DNA of 64,000 bases from Patescibacteria group bacterium (GCA_041666205.1 JBAYHI010000001.1:90894-154893), one strand, 5' to 3'. Counted from the stretch's first letter, positions 28,617-38,298 are shown. Numbers and translations are program-made. Notes: generated by a model not told the origin, from the letters alone.

Positions 28617-28774
28617 CTCGGCACCTCCATCAGGGGCGGGGATTTGGAGATCGAACGTTGTTTTTGCCGGCTCTACACCGTTCTGTCCCGGTTCATGCCG
28701 GGCGAGTTCGGTTTGAGCAAGCGCCAAAATATAACCACTTTTTGTGGTTTTTGTCAAGAGCCCATGCCCTTGTA

Positions 28775-31081
28775 TTATCGTCGTGCGGTCGCTCCGTCGC
28801 CGATATCGCTCAAAGAGACCGAAAGCAAGTTTGAAATCCCGTCTTCGCCCATGCTAACGCCAAAAAGCTTGTCAGCCCGCTCCATGGTGGCGCGATTATG
28901 GGTAATGATGATGAATTGTGAGAATTTGCGCAGTTCCTCGAGGATATTGGCGAATCGCACGGTATTGGCTTCGTCGAGTGCTGCGTCTACTTCGTCGAGC
29001 ACAACGAATGGCGAGGGGTGCGTTGCCATAATCGCGCATAAAAGCGCCAAAGAGGTGAGCGCGCGTTCGCCACCGGAAAGTAAATTGAGCGACTTGAGGC
29101 GTTTGCCAGGGGGAGTTGCCAAAATTTCAATACCGGCAATTTCGGTGTGGCGATTTTTGAATCGGCGGATGATCTTTGATGCGATTTCCGTGTCTTGTTC
29201 TTCAAGCGCTTCTGCACCTACTTCAAATGCGCGATCAATTGCCACGTGCATGGCGTCGTCATTTTGTACTTCGGAGGTTTTGAGGAGTTTGCACGATCCG
29301 CCCCCGAATAAAATTGCAAAGTATTTTTGAAATTCAATATTGATTTGGGCAAACGCCTCCTCGCTTTGTTTTGCAATGCGATCCTCGAGCTCATCCACGA
29401 CTTTTTCAGTCTGCTCAATTGCTTCGTGCAAATCATGGAATTGCGTTTGCAAAAATGTTACGCGTTCATTTGTCTCCTTATATTCGGCAATGGTTTCTTC
29501 ATCGATACTTCCAATAAGCTCAAGCTGATGGCGAAGTTGCATGAGTTTGCCACGCGTTTCCTCGGGTGTCGTGTCGCGTTCTGTTGGTACTTGATTTTTG
29601 ATTTCGTCAAAAATTGTAGGATTCTGTTCTTGAATTTCACGTCGCAACCCTTCGAGTCGCGTTTCAACGCGTGCTTTCTCGAGTTCAATACGATTGCTTT
29701 CTTGCTCGAGCAAATACAAATCCGACTGAAGTTTTCGCAAATCACGCTGAAACGCAAAAAGCTCGGTTGGTTCGTGGCTTGTGACGGCTTTTTGCGCTGT
29801 TGTGAGTTTCTCTTCGGCAGTTTTGAGGTTTGCTCGTGCAATATCGGCGTCCGCCTTTGTCTTTGCGACAGTATTCTGAAGTGCTGGGTCAATGGGTTTT
29901 TGCTCAATCGCTGGTCGCGTAAGACGTTCGTGGAGATTTTTGATTTGATTATTGAATGTCTCCAGGCGCTCAAAAAGTGGTTGAACCTCCTCGAATACAT
30001 GGCACGATTTCAGTGAACTCAAAATTTCCTGGTGCTCAATTTTTAGTGAACTAATAATTTGTACAACCTCGTGCATGGGGAGTGGGGGACGAGGCGTTTG
30101 GCTCTTGAGCGTGGCGACTTCAAGATTTCGCTGCGCTTCAAAAACAGCGTGCTCGGCCGTGCGCAGTGCTTCGGATGCTTTGCGATACTCGTCTTGCAGC
30201 GGTTGCAAGCCATGATCGGGCGTTTGGCGAGCGCGCTCGAGGCGTTCCATTTCCAAAAGTTTCTGGTCTCCAGCTTGGAGTTCGGCAGTTTTTGCATTGG
30301 TATGCGTTTTTGCAACCTGCAATCGACTGTCGATGCCTCGAAGTTCCTCGGAAAGATCAAAAAATTGTGTGCCGTAGTATTTTTTTGAAAGAAGTTGCAA
30401 TTCATTTTCGATCACCTCACGTTTTTCCAGGCGCTTCACCTGTCGCTCGAGTAATCGAAGACGTGGTTCAGCTTCCGCAAGCAATCGCTCAATCTCGAGC
30501 AAATGTTCAGATGATTTTTCAAGACGCAAAAGCGACTGATGACGTTTCATTTGAAGTCCTCGCACGCCGGTAGCATCGTCAAAGAAGAGTTTTCGTTCTT
30601 CTGGCGAGGCAATGAGCACGTGATCGATCATCCCTTGCGCAATAACCGTATAGGATCGCTCACCAATGCCGGCTTCTGCAAGCAAAAGCTGAATATCCTG
30701 GAGTCGTGTGATTTTTCCATTCAATCGGTATTCCGACGATCCATCGCGGTATTGTCGGCGATTGAGTTCTACCTCGTCGTAGTCAACGCTCAAGGCGTGG
30801 TCGTGGTTATCAAAAAGAAGTGTGACTTCTGCGGCGCCTGAACGAGTTTTCCCTTCAGACCCGGAAAAAATCATGTCCTCGCTCTTTTTCCCCCGCAGTA
30901 ATTTCATGGATTGCTCACCTAGGCACCAACGAATCGCGTCGGCAATATTGGATTTCCCTGATCCATTTGGCCCAATAATCACCGTGAGGGCATGTCCATC
31001 GCCTTGCGATCGCGGCAAATCCAAAACCGTCTTTTTGGCAAATGTCTTAAATCCTTGGATTTCCATCCGAATGAGTCGCAT
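28775..31081 (-). CDS. smc: SMC-family chromosome segregation ATPase, shortened (768 aa)
   Basis: GFKTF, GPNGSGKSNIADAIRW, IAQG Q-loop, LSGGE, LDEVDAALD, IITHN. Confidence 0.9.
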   Translation of the reverse strand: MRLIRMEIQGFKTFAKKTVLDLPRSQGDGHALTVIIGPNGSGKSNIADAIRWCLGEQSMKLLRGKKSEDMIFSGSEGKTRSGAAEVTLLFDNHDHALSVDYDEVELNRRQYRDGSSEYRLNGKITRLQDIQLLLAEAGIGERSYTVIAQGMIDHVLIASPEERKLFFDDATGVRGLQMKRHQSLLRLEKSSEHLLEIERLLAEAEPRLRLLERQVKRLEKREVIENELQLLSKKYYGTQFFDLSEELRGIDSRLQVAKTHTNAKTAELQAGDQKLLEMERLERARQTPDHGLQPLQDEYRKASEALRTAEHAVFEAQRNLEVATLKSQTPRPPLPMHEVVQIISSLKIEHQEILSSLKSCHVFEEVQPLFERLETFNNQIKNLHERLTRPAIEQKPIDPALQNTVAKTKADADIARANLKTAEEKLTTAQKAVTSHEPTELFAFQRDLRKLQSDLYLLEQESNRIELEKARVETRLEGLRREIQEQNPTIFDEIKNQVPTERDTTPEETRGKLMQLRHQLELIGSIDEETIAEYKETNERVTFLQTQFHDLHEAIEQTEKVVDELEDRIAKQSEEAFAQINIEFQKYFAILFGGGSCKLLKTSEVQNDDAMHVAIDRAFEVGAEALEEQDTEIASKIIRRFKNRHTEIAGIEILATPPGKRLKSLNLLSGGERALTSLALLCAIMATHPSPFVVLDEVDAALDEANTVRFANILEELRKFSQFIIITHNRATMERADKLFGVSMGEDGISNLLSVSLSDIGDGATARR

Positions 31082-31133
31082 AAGCGGTACAAGTATAACA
31101 GAAATTTTTATTTTGCTGTAAAATGATTTCCAT

Positions 31134-31520
31134 ATGCAAATCAAATGGCTTTTTGTTCTTCCGCTTTGCCTCCTTTTTGGGGCGGGCTGTTTTTCTAGCT
31201 CAGACGTGACCATCGATTATACGGATCCAAGCACCTATGAAAATGGGATGCCGATTGCGTATTACAATGTTTGGGTCGAGTCCGACGGGTTTGATGTGAC
31301 GTATATGGCTGTAAAACCCGGGCAGACGGTGCAGATTGATTTTCAGTGGGTGGATGGATTCCATACATTCGTGATCGATGAGTTCGGCTTCCGAACCGAG
31401 ATCGTGGAGGGTCAGATTGTGGAATTTGTAGCGCCCGATGCACCGGGGACATATCGCTATTATAGCGACGTAGACGATGCGGGCACGGGATTTGAAGGGG
31501 AACTCGTGATTTTGGAGTAA
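31134..31520 (+). CDS. Cupredoxin-fold-like lipoprotein
   Basis: LFGAGC lipobox; VKPGQTV, HTFVID, PGTYRYY, G.EGEL pattern. Confidence 0.65.
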   Translation: MQIKWLFVLPLCLLFGAGCFSSSDVTIDYTDPSTYENGMPIAYYNVWVESDGFDVTYMAVKPGQTVQIDFQWVDGFHTFVIDEFGFRTEIVEGQIVEFVAPDAPGTYRYYSDVDDAGTGFEGELVILE

Positions 31521-31563
31521 TTCTTGACTTCATTGCAATGCCGTCGTAGGATGCTTGGCTCTT

Positions 31564-32529
31564 ATGACGGTATTTTTGTATAAGAAAATCGCAGAAGAAA
31601 TCAACCGTGCTGACCATATTTTATTGTTGACCGATGAGCGCATTGATGGAGATACGATTGGCGCAACGCTTGGGATGTATCACGTGCTCAAGGAAATGGG
31701 GAAAGAAGTCGAAGTGTTTTCTCCTCGACCGCTGGATGGGCGTTTAGCATTTTTGCCAGGGGTTGAGGTGATTCAGCGTGACTCCGTGCTATTTGAGGAA
31801 ACGCATTTTGATTTGGCCATGATTTTTGACTGTGCGGATGGAAAATACATCGAGGAATATCGCAATACGCTAAAAAGCATCCCGCTCATCGTGTTTGATC
31901 ATCACGATAGCAATAAAGGATACGGCGCGCTCAATTTAATTGAACCGGATTCTGCTTCAGCTGCGGAAGTTGTGTGGCGGTTTGTGAAAAACGCTCACCT
32001 CCCAATGAATCGTCCAGCTGCGCAGTGTTTTTTGGCAGGGATTGTGACTGACACCGATGTGTTTTCAACGTCGAACACAAATATTCCTGCGCTCGAAGCC
32101 GCGCAAGATTTGTCTCGCCTTGGCGCAAAGCTCCAGGAAATCATTCGTGAGACGATCATGAACCGATCTGTTTCAACCTTGAAGCTCTGGGGACTCGCAT
32201 TTGAGCGACTTCATAAGAATCCTGAATTTGGTGCGATTGCAACAGCAATAACGCAAAAAGATTTATTCGATGTTGGTGCATGTGAAGATGATGTCCATAA
32301 GTTATCGAATTTTCTGAACGCGATGCTTGAGGGCTATGAAGTTGTGCTCGTGCTTTATGAAATGAAAGAGGGGAGTGTGAAGGGAAGTTTGCGATCTCAA
32401 ACCCAAGATGTTGCCAAAATGGCGGAGAAATACGGCGGAGGTGGGCATATTCGCGCAGCAGGATTTAAAATTCCAAACGTTTCTTTGGTGCTCGAGAATG
32501 GGGTTTGGCTTTGGAAATCTAGGGTTTGA
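31564..32529 (+). CDS. DHH/DHHA1 phosphoesterase (NrnA-like)
   Basis: DGD, FDC, FDHH, GIVTDT, GSLRS, YGGGGHIRAAG. Confidence 0.92.
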   Translation: MTVFLYKKIAEEINRADHILLLTDERIDGDTIGATLGMYHVLKEMGKEVEVFSPRPLDGRLAFLPGVEVIQRDSVLFEETHFDLAMIFDCADGKYIEEYRNTLKSIPLIVFDHHDSNKGYGALNLIEPDSASAAEVVWRFVKNAHLPMNRPAAQCFLAGIVTDTDVFSTSNTNIPALEAAQDLSRLGAKLQEIIRETIMNRSVSTLKLWGLAFERLHKNPEFGAIATAITQKDLFDVGACEDDVHKLSNFLNAMLEGYEVVLVLYEMKEGSVKGSLRSQTQDVAKMAEKYGGGGHIRAAGFKIPNVSLVLENGVWLWKSRV

Positions 32530-32562
32530 CAGTTAGCAATAGCAAATGTAGACTGCTAAAAT

Positions 32563-33162
32563 ATGGAAAACGAAATTCAATCTCAATTTTTAATTCCAAC
32601 CGTTGTTGAAAAAACCAATTACGGTGAGCGATCCTACGACATTTATTCTCGACTTTTAAAGGATCGAATTATCTTTTTGGGTACGCCCATTGACGACAAT
32701 GTTGCCAATAGCATCATTGCTCAGTTACTTTTCTTGGCAAGCCAAGACAAAGAAAAAGAAATCAAACTCTATATCAACTCTCCGGGTGGATCGGTATCGG
32801 CTGGCCTCGCAATTTACGACACCATGCAATACATCAAACCTGATGTTTCAACCATTTGCGTGGGGCTTGCGGCAAGTATGGGCGCGGTGCTCCTCGCTGC
32901 CGGTGCGCCAGGGAAGCGTTTTGCTTTGCCAAACTCCGAAGTTATGATTCACCAGGTGCTTGGTGGGTTCAAGGGGCAAGCAACGGATATTAAAATTCAT
33001 GCCGAGCGCATCTTGAAAACAAAAGATCTCCTCAATGAAATTTTGGCAAAACACACGGGTCAGCCCATGAAAAAAGTCGAGGAAGATACGGATCGCGACC
33101 ACTTCTTGAGCGCCACGGAGGCAAAAAAATACGGGCTCATTGACAAGGTGATTGCGGGGTAG
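32563..33162 (+). CDS. clpP: ATP-dependent Clp protease proteolytic subunit
   Basis: [36 protein letters not shown]. Confidence 0.99.
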   Translation: MENEIQSQFLIPTVVEKTNYGERSYDIYSRLLKDRIIFLGTPIDDNVANSIIAQLLFLASQDKEKEIKLYINSPGGSVSAGLAIYDTMQYIKPDVSTICVGLAASMGAVLLAAGAPGKRFALPNSEVMIHQVLGGFKGQATDIKIHAERILKTKDLLNEILAKHTGQPMKKVEEDTDRDHFLSATEAKKYGLIDKVIAG

Positions 33163-33183
33163 GATTTCTGCCTTTTGGAGCGC

Positions 33184-33212
33184 TTGACAGGCCTGTGGCC
33201 GAGTGATAAACT
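33184..33212 (+). promoter_or_regulatory. Sigma70-type promoter with no downstream CDS
   Basis: TTGACA-N17-TAAACT with TG extension. Confidence 0.75.
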
Positions 33213-33218
33213 GCGCTG

Positions 33219-33389
33219 TTTCTTACCTGTTTTTTTCAGCAGCCACGACAAGCATGGGGATATCGAGGCTGTCAGTTCCGGCTCCGGCTTGACCTGTACC
33301 GCTACGATATCTTCTTGGCTGCTGCAAATAATAGGGAAGAGAAAAAACCCTCCGAAGCTCTAATTTTACAGAGCGAAGGAGGGTTTTTT
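33219..33389 (+). ncRNA. Candidate long-hairpin small RNA
   Basis: Nested stems CAGCAGCCA/TGGCTGCTG, GATATCG/CGATATC, GTCA/TGAC; terminator 33346-33389. Confidence 0.6.
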
Positions 33390-33392
33390 ATT

Positions 33393-33422
33393 CGTTGGGG
33401 CAGGTCACTGACCTGCCCGTAC
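33393..33422. repeat. GTAG-type REP-like palindrome (degenerate)
   Basis: CGTTGGGGCAGGTCACTGACCTGCCCGTAC, related to 37613-37643. Confidence 0.75.
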
Positions 33423-33430
33423 TGACATTT

Positions 33431-35389
33431 TTATTCGGTTGGTGTTGCGTCGGCTGGAACGTCTGTGACTTCCAGAGGGGTTTCTTCGGCTACGGGTGTG
33501 GTCTCTGCCGTTGCTAACGTATCTGTTCCTTTGCCAACCATGCAGATTTTTGGAAGCGATCGATAAACAGACGTATAGTTTTTGGAGAATTGAGTGCCAT
33601 CGGCGTATTCTACGAAGTAGTCAAAACTCGTGGTCGCGCCCGCGTGAGGGGATTGGCAACGCTCAACGCCTGGCGCCAGATCGGTTGTTTCAATGCGTTG
33701 TGCTTCCCCGTATCCGGTCCATTGCAATACTTGCGGGGCGCTATAATAGCCTTTGCGACCATCGGAGGTTCCCCAAAATGTGAAATAGATAATTTGATTT
33801 GAGGTGTTTACCTCGGTTGTGAGCAAAATGTAATTTGCCGTATCATTGGTGAATTTCAAATCCGGCGCTGGATCGTAGAGAGTGGCATCGGTTCCTGGTT
33901 TACCATTGGTTGGATCGTTGTAGTAGGAAATCACGAGAGAATGATTTGTGCGTTCATCAACGCGCAGACCCGAATTCATGACCGCGCGGAATGCGGTTGT
34001 TCCAATCTGGCATAGTCCACCTCCGATTTCTGGTTTGATTTCTGTGCCTTTAATCACGAGCTCTGGCAGATATCCATCAGCCACGGTAAATGGGCGCAAA
34101 TGTTCAATGAGTGAAATCGTCTCCCCTGGGGCAACTAGAAGCCCGTCGAGTTTTGATGCACCATGTTTAATGTTTGCAATGCGATTACTCGGAGACCCAC
34201 CATAATCGGATGTTCCAACACCCAGGATTTCTTGAATACCCAAGTTATTCGTGCTTCCGGTTGTAATTTCCGGGGGAACAGATTTTACAATAATTGGCGT
34301 GGATAGCTCTGCGCTCCCAAGGATACCAAGTAGGGCTTCTTGCGTTGCCGTTTCATTGAGCGCAATGCCTTCAAGACTACTTACAAATTCTGTAACCCGC
34401 CCGTTTTCCATGGTGAATTTTGCGTCTCGAGGCGCTACGTCGATGTCTCCATGAATTTCGGAGAAGAACGCTGCGATTGCACTGGCGTCAAGCGAAACAA
34501 TGAGTTCTTCTTCCAGATTTTTTGCTGGCACAATCCAATTCGCAATTTGCTCTTGCGAGATATCCCAGGCGAAGTTTTTTTGTTCCTGTGACGTATAGGT
34601 GAGGGTATAGGGCGCAGTCTCAACGATCGCTTTGGCGGTATCCAGGAGTGTTTCCGCTTCGGCAACCGATACGGGATTTTGCGTCTTCTCAAGAGAGAGC
34701 GTGAGTTTTTCCAGAGAAAAATCCTTCATGTCGGTTTGCAGGGTTTGCATGGCACTGTCGAGCGTGAGCTCTTCGCCAATGGTTCCTTCTTTTGCGCTCA
34801 CAACAATTTCATCTCCCTCAAAAACGACTTGGAAGTCCGTGACCATGCCTGGAGTTTCCTGATCGCCAAATAAGCGTTCGATTTCTTGTTGAATGGTTGC
34901 AGTATCGATGGTAATTTCCGGATCAATGGATACCCCTGTTGCAATGACCGAGCTTCCAACGAGCAAATGACGGGAAAAATTGGCGTCGCGTCCGGCAGAA
35001 AATGCTTTTTCCACAGCAGTATTTGCGTTGAAAGACACGAGATCGCGAATGAGATCAGGATCGGTTGACCCGCTCATGCGTAAATTGATTTTTTCGTTTG
35101 TGCCGTCAGGCCCTACCACGGTAAGACCGGCCTCGAGCATGTCGCGGTAGATTTTATTGAGGTAATCTTGTGCTTCCAGCTTAGTCATGGAGCCAACGGA
35201 AACATCGCCAACCGTGACGTGCGGATAAATGCGATTTTCAAAAACCTTGGCATAGGCAAGCAGGGAACTACCTGCTGTTAGAGCGCAGACCACAATCACC
35301 CCAAAGCCGATGGCGAATTTTTTACTGTGCTTGGCAAACCAGAGGCCTATTTTTTTGAAAAACGATCCGATTGCGTTGAAAATTTTCAT
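33431..35389 (-). CDS. VanW family protein with peptidoglycan-binding region
   Basis: TM anchor; NRIANI, GGGLCQIGTT.FRA, ERTNHS, GTDAT, DLKFTNDT. Confidence 0.9.
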   Translation of the reverse strand: MKIFNAIGSFFKKIGLWFAKHSKKFAIGFGVIVVCALTAGSSLLAYAKVFENRIYPHVTVGDVSVGSMTKLEAQDYLNKIYRDMLEAGLTVVGPDGTNEKINLRMSGSTDPDLIRDLVSFNANTAVEKAFSAGRDANFSRHLLVGSSVIATGVSIDPEITIDTATIQQEIERLFGDQETPGMVTDFQVVFEGDEIVVSAKEGTIGEELTLDSAMQTLQTDMKDFSLEKLTLSLEKTQNPVSVAEAETLLDTAKAIVETAPYTLTYTSQEQKNFAWDISQEQIANWIVPAKNLEEELIVSLDASAIAAFFSEIHGDIDVAPRDAKFTMENGRVTEFVSSLEGIALNETATQEALLGILGSAELSTPIIVKSVPPEITTGSTNNLGIQEILGVGTSDYGGSPSNRIANIKHGASKLDGLLVAPGETISLIEHLRPFTVADGYLPELVIKGTEIKPEIGGGLCQIGTTAFRAVMNSGLRVDERTNHSLVISYYNDPTNGKPGTDATLYDPAPDLKFTNDTANYILLTTEVNTSNQIIYFTFWGTSDGRKGYYSAPQVLQWTGYGEAQRIETTDLAPGVERCQSPHAGATTSFDYFVEYADGTQFSKNYTSVYRSLPKICMVGKGTDTLATAETTPVAEETPLEVTDVPADATPTE

Positions 35390-35754
35390 ACATGTTTTCG
35401 AATAGGGACGCGCATTTCACCATGGCTTTTTTGCATTGTCAATGTAAGCACGCCATTTTTGAAAATTGCATCTGCCGAATCAGGATTTACGTGGTGTGGC
35501 AGAATAATCGAGCGCGAGAATCGACCCCAGAAACACTCCTCAAAATGGAAGGTGGCGTCGTGATACTCTTCGTTACTCTTCCGCTCCCCCCGGATGGTCA
35601 CCAAATCATTGGTTACATTGATTTCCAAGTCGTCGGGTTCTACGCCGGCAATCGCTGCACGAATAATAATCGCATCTGCTTTTTCAATCACATCAACAGC
35701 GAGTTGGCCTTCCTCGCCTTGGGTCCAAGCGTCAGATTGAAATTCCGTTTGCAT
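35386..35754 (-). CDS. Hsp20/alpha-crystallin small heat-shock protein
   Basis: LAVDV, IAGV, TIRGER, ECFWGRFSRSIILP, AIFKNGVL. Confidence 0.95.
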   Translation of the reverse strand: MQTEFQSDAWTQGEEGQLAVDVIEKADAIIIRAAIAGVEPDDLEINVTNDLVTIRGERKSNEEYHDATFHFEECFWGRFSRSIILPHHVNPDSADAIFKNGVLTLTMQKSHGEMRVPIRKHV

Positions 35755-35756
35755 AT

Positions 35757-36458
35757 CTACGATCGCAAATCAAATCGGCGAATATACTCATACAAGGGCC
35801 CGAGCGCCAATCCAAACGTGGCAGACCAAATGAGGAGATCAACCGGAATATTCCAAAGCGTTGTATTGCTAAGAAGCGGGGCAATCGTAAAATCGATCTC
35901 TGCAAAATAGGATGCCATGCTCGCTGCAATAAAGACGACGATGGTGGTAAGGACCATGCTCCAAATACAATCCAAAAGCAGATCGTGACGATTTGCAACC
36001 ATGAGCATTGCAAGAATTGCTGCCACAAGCAGGGCAGCATACGGAAGAGGGAGCGGAAGCGTGACAACCAAAAATGCGATAGCCCAGAGGAATGCGAATA
36101 ACAGCCCAAACAATCGCAAAAACCAAAATTGCGCATGACTTTCTTCCTCGCGCGGTTTACGTCGCAGGCGATATGGGAGTCGGTGATAGTGTTTGCCAAA
36201 AATCACGTGGAAGAGCGTGCCTGCGAGCCCGGCCAAGAAAAACGCGAATAAAAAATCCGCAATCGTCACACGCGAAAACGTGAAGGCGATTTTTTCGCCA
36301 TGGGTGCCAAGCACGAGCATGAGCGGAAATAGAAATGCCACCATGCCGCCAAGCACGAGCATTTCACGCCGCAATTCCTTGAGAGAAACAAAGACAAAAA
36401 CCCACACCGCAATCAAAACCAAAATCACGAGGTGATAGTACGTGAAGAGTGACCACAT
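35757..36458 (-). CDS. Polytopic membrane protein, lycopene-cyclase-domain-like
   Basis: 7 TM; LRREML, ADFLFAF, NIPVDLLIW...GPLYE duplicated-domain pattern. Confidence 0.55.
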   Translation of the reverse strand: MWSLFTYYHLVILVLIAVWVFVFVSLKELRREMLVLGGMVAFLFPLMLVLGTHGEKIAFTFSRVTIADFLFAFFLAGLAGTLFHVIFGKHYHRLPYRLRRKPREEESHAQFWFLRLFGLLFAFLWAIAFLVVTLPLPLPYAALLVAAILAMLMVANRHDLLLDCIWSMVLTTIVVFIAASMASYFAEIDFTIAPLLSNTTLWNIPVDLLIWSATFGLALGPLYEYIRRFDLRS

Positions 36459-36551
36459 ATTGCTCTTATTTTACACTAAGTTTCGCAAAGTGAGCAGGGG
36501 AAAAGTGTGCGCAGTGGAAAAATAGAGCTTTTTCGTTTATGCTATGGCCAT

Positions 36552-37598
36552 ATGGCACAACCTTTTTCTTCCGAAAACACGACGCGTTGGTTCTTTTTAA
36601 TCATCGCGGTTATTGTTTTGTACCTTTTTTGGAGCATTATTTCGCCCTACGCGATGGCACTCGCAACTGCAATTATTTTTGCCATGATTTTTGCGCCGGT
36701 CGAGAAATGGATTCGAAAATATGCGCGTTCGCCAAAGCTATCCTCGTTTTTGGTTGTGCTGGGTGTCTGTGTGGTTGTGCTCGCTCCGCTTTCTGGCATT
36801 GCAATTTTAATTGCCGAGCAATCATCCGACATTGTGCAGATGTCTATTGCTGATGGTGGATGGCTTTCTACGTTTGACCCGGCAAAAAATCCGCTGTTCT
36901 TGATGCTTCCGGGTGTTGTGCAAGAGCAGGTGATGGCGCTCAATTTTGTGGAGATTGGGAAAAGCGCTGCGCAATGGGTCTTTGAAAATCTCGGAAACGT
37001 TTTCTCCCGCGGCACGAGCTTCATTATTTCGTTTGGTATTTTCCTCATGAGTTTCTATTTCTTCCTCACTGAACGCGAGGGGATTTACAAGCAGGCGCTC
37101 GAACTCAGTCCTTTTAAAAATAAAATCGACGATGGGATTATTCGCAGAATCATTGGCACCGTGCGCTCGATTGTTTTGGGTGCGCTAATCATTGCGTTGG
37201 TGCAAGCAACGCTTGGAAGTATTGGAATGACGATTTTTGGCGTGCCGGGTGCCTTGCTTTGGGGAGCGCTTTTGATTGTTGCTTCGCAAGTGCCTGTGGT
37301 TGGAACAAGCGCGATTATGATTCCCGCAATTGCGTATTTGGCACTCACAGGGCACCCACTCAATGCGCTTGGACTTTTGATTTGGGCCGTGATTGCAGTA
37401 GGATCGATTGATAATTTGCTTTCGCCGTTTATTGTTGGATCGCAAACCAAGATGCCAACAATCTTTGTACTGATTTCGATTCTTGGCGGATTGCAGTTCT
37501 TCGGGCCAATTGGATTTATTTTAGGGCCGACGGTTTTGGCCGGTGTATTTGTGATCATCGATTTGTACAAGAGCGGAATTTTGGCGAGCGCAAAATAG
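36552..37598 (+). CDS. AI-2E family transporter
   Basis: Multi-TM; VPVVGT, IDNLLSP, ISILGGLQFFGPIGFILGP. Confidence 0.92.
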   Translation: MAQPFSSENTTRWFFLIIAVIVLYLFWSIISPYAMALATAIIFAMIFAPVEKWIRKYARSPKLSSFLVVLGVCVVVLAPLSGIAILIAEQSSDIVQMSIADGGWLSTFDPAKNPLFLMLPGVVQEQVMALNFVEIGKSAAQWVFENLGNVFSRGTSFIISFGIFLMSFYFFLTEREGIYKQALELSPFKNKIDDGIIRRIIGTVRSIVLGALIIALVQATLGSIGMTIFGVPGALLWGALLIVASQVPVVGTSAIMIPAIAYLALTGHPLNALGLLIWAVIAVGSIDNLLSPFIVGSQTKMPTIFVLISILGGLQFFGPIGFILGPTVLAGVFVIIDLYKSGILASAK

Positions 37599-37612
37599 AA
37601 ATTCATGATTTT

Positions 37613-37643
37613 CCGTAGGGGCAGGTCGCGACCTGCCCGTACG
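37613..37643. repeat. GTAG-type REP-like palindrome
   Basis: CCGTAGGGGCAGGT-CGCG-ACCTGCCCGTACG. Confidence 0.85.
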
Positions 37644-37739
37644 AAAACGATTTTCGTTTTCAAAAAAAAAACGACCCCTCCGGCCGAGACGTGGTGTGGC
37701 GGAGGGGCAGGGGGAGGGGCGCCCCGGGAGTGGGCGGAG

Positions 37740-38129
37740 CTACATGCCGGCGTTGCCCAGGGGGCCGAAGGGAATCGGATCGGTCGCGAAGGCTGGCGGG
37801 CGAAGCTTGAGCAGGGCGGAGCACAGTGATCGCTCTTCGGTGAGTACCTCGGTTCTTCTCTTCTCCATCGTCTGGATGGCGAGGTCGATGAGTGCCTGGA
37901 TCTTGTTGCCGAAGTACCACGAGGTTTCTCCGATCTTCATCACGAAGACGATCTCGTGGTTGTTGTCTCGCTCTGCGACGTAGATGAACTTTTCCTCGTC
38001 CCGTAGACCGCCACGGTAATACGTGACGATCTGTTCGGGCATCACAAGCCTCGCGATGACGGTGAATTTGAAGTAGGTCTTGTCCACGTCAAATTCAGTG
38101 GGGAACATCTCGCTGAGAGGCAGAGACAC
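37740..38129 (-). CDS. Hypothetical protein (GC-rich orphan)
   Basis: GGAGG SD before in-frame GTG 38129; the longer ORF-track start runs through a terminator-like hairpin. Confidence 0.65.
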   Translation of the reverse strand: MSLPLSEMFPTEFDVDKTYFKFTVIARLVMPEQIVTYYRGGLRDEEKFIYVAERDNNHEIVFVMKIGETSWYFGNKIQALIDLAIQTMEKRRTEVLTEERSLCSALLKLRPPAFATDPIPFGPLGNAGM

Positions 38130-38214
38130 AGGTCCTCCAATATCCAGCAATTGCCGGAACGGTGGTGAACGGTAGGCGGAAATGGGGAATTGGTCAAGGT
38201 CTTGAGGTGCGTGA

Positions 38215-38298
38215 ACAAAAACTCCCCATATTCGCACCGTCTTTTCAATTCTTGGAGAGAGCCAAGTCATGAATAAACGGCACGAATGTGGGGAGTTT
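38215..38298 (-). terminator. Very long hairpin with T-tract
   Basis: AAACTCCCCA.ATTCG..CCGT...ACGG..CGAAT.TGGGGAGTTTTT. Confidence 0.6.

Noticed and set aside
28374-28720. tmRNA interpretation of unit A (ORF enclosed in a long-range stem)
   Set aside because: No tRNA-like acceptor/T-arm or CCA end; the ORF has its own SD and ATG and does not end in an Ala-Ala-type tag
28209-29330. 373-aa plus-strand ORF
   Set aside because: Antisense to smc and the GC-rich units; no motif; shadow ORF
33431-35389. Vancomycin resistance inferred from the VanW domain
   Set aside because: VanW-domain proteins are widespread; no vanHAX/vanRS genes nearby
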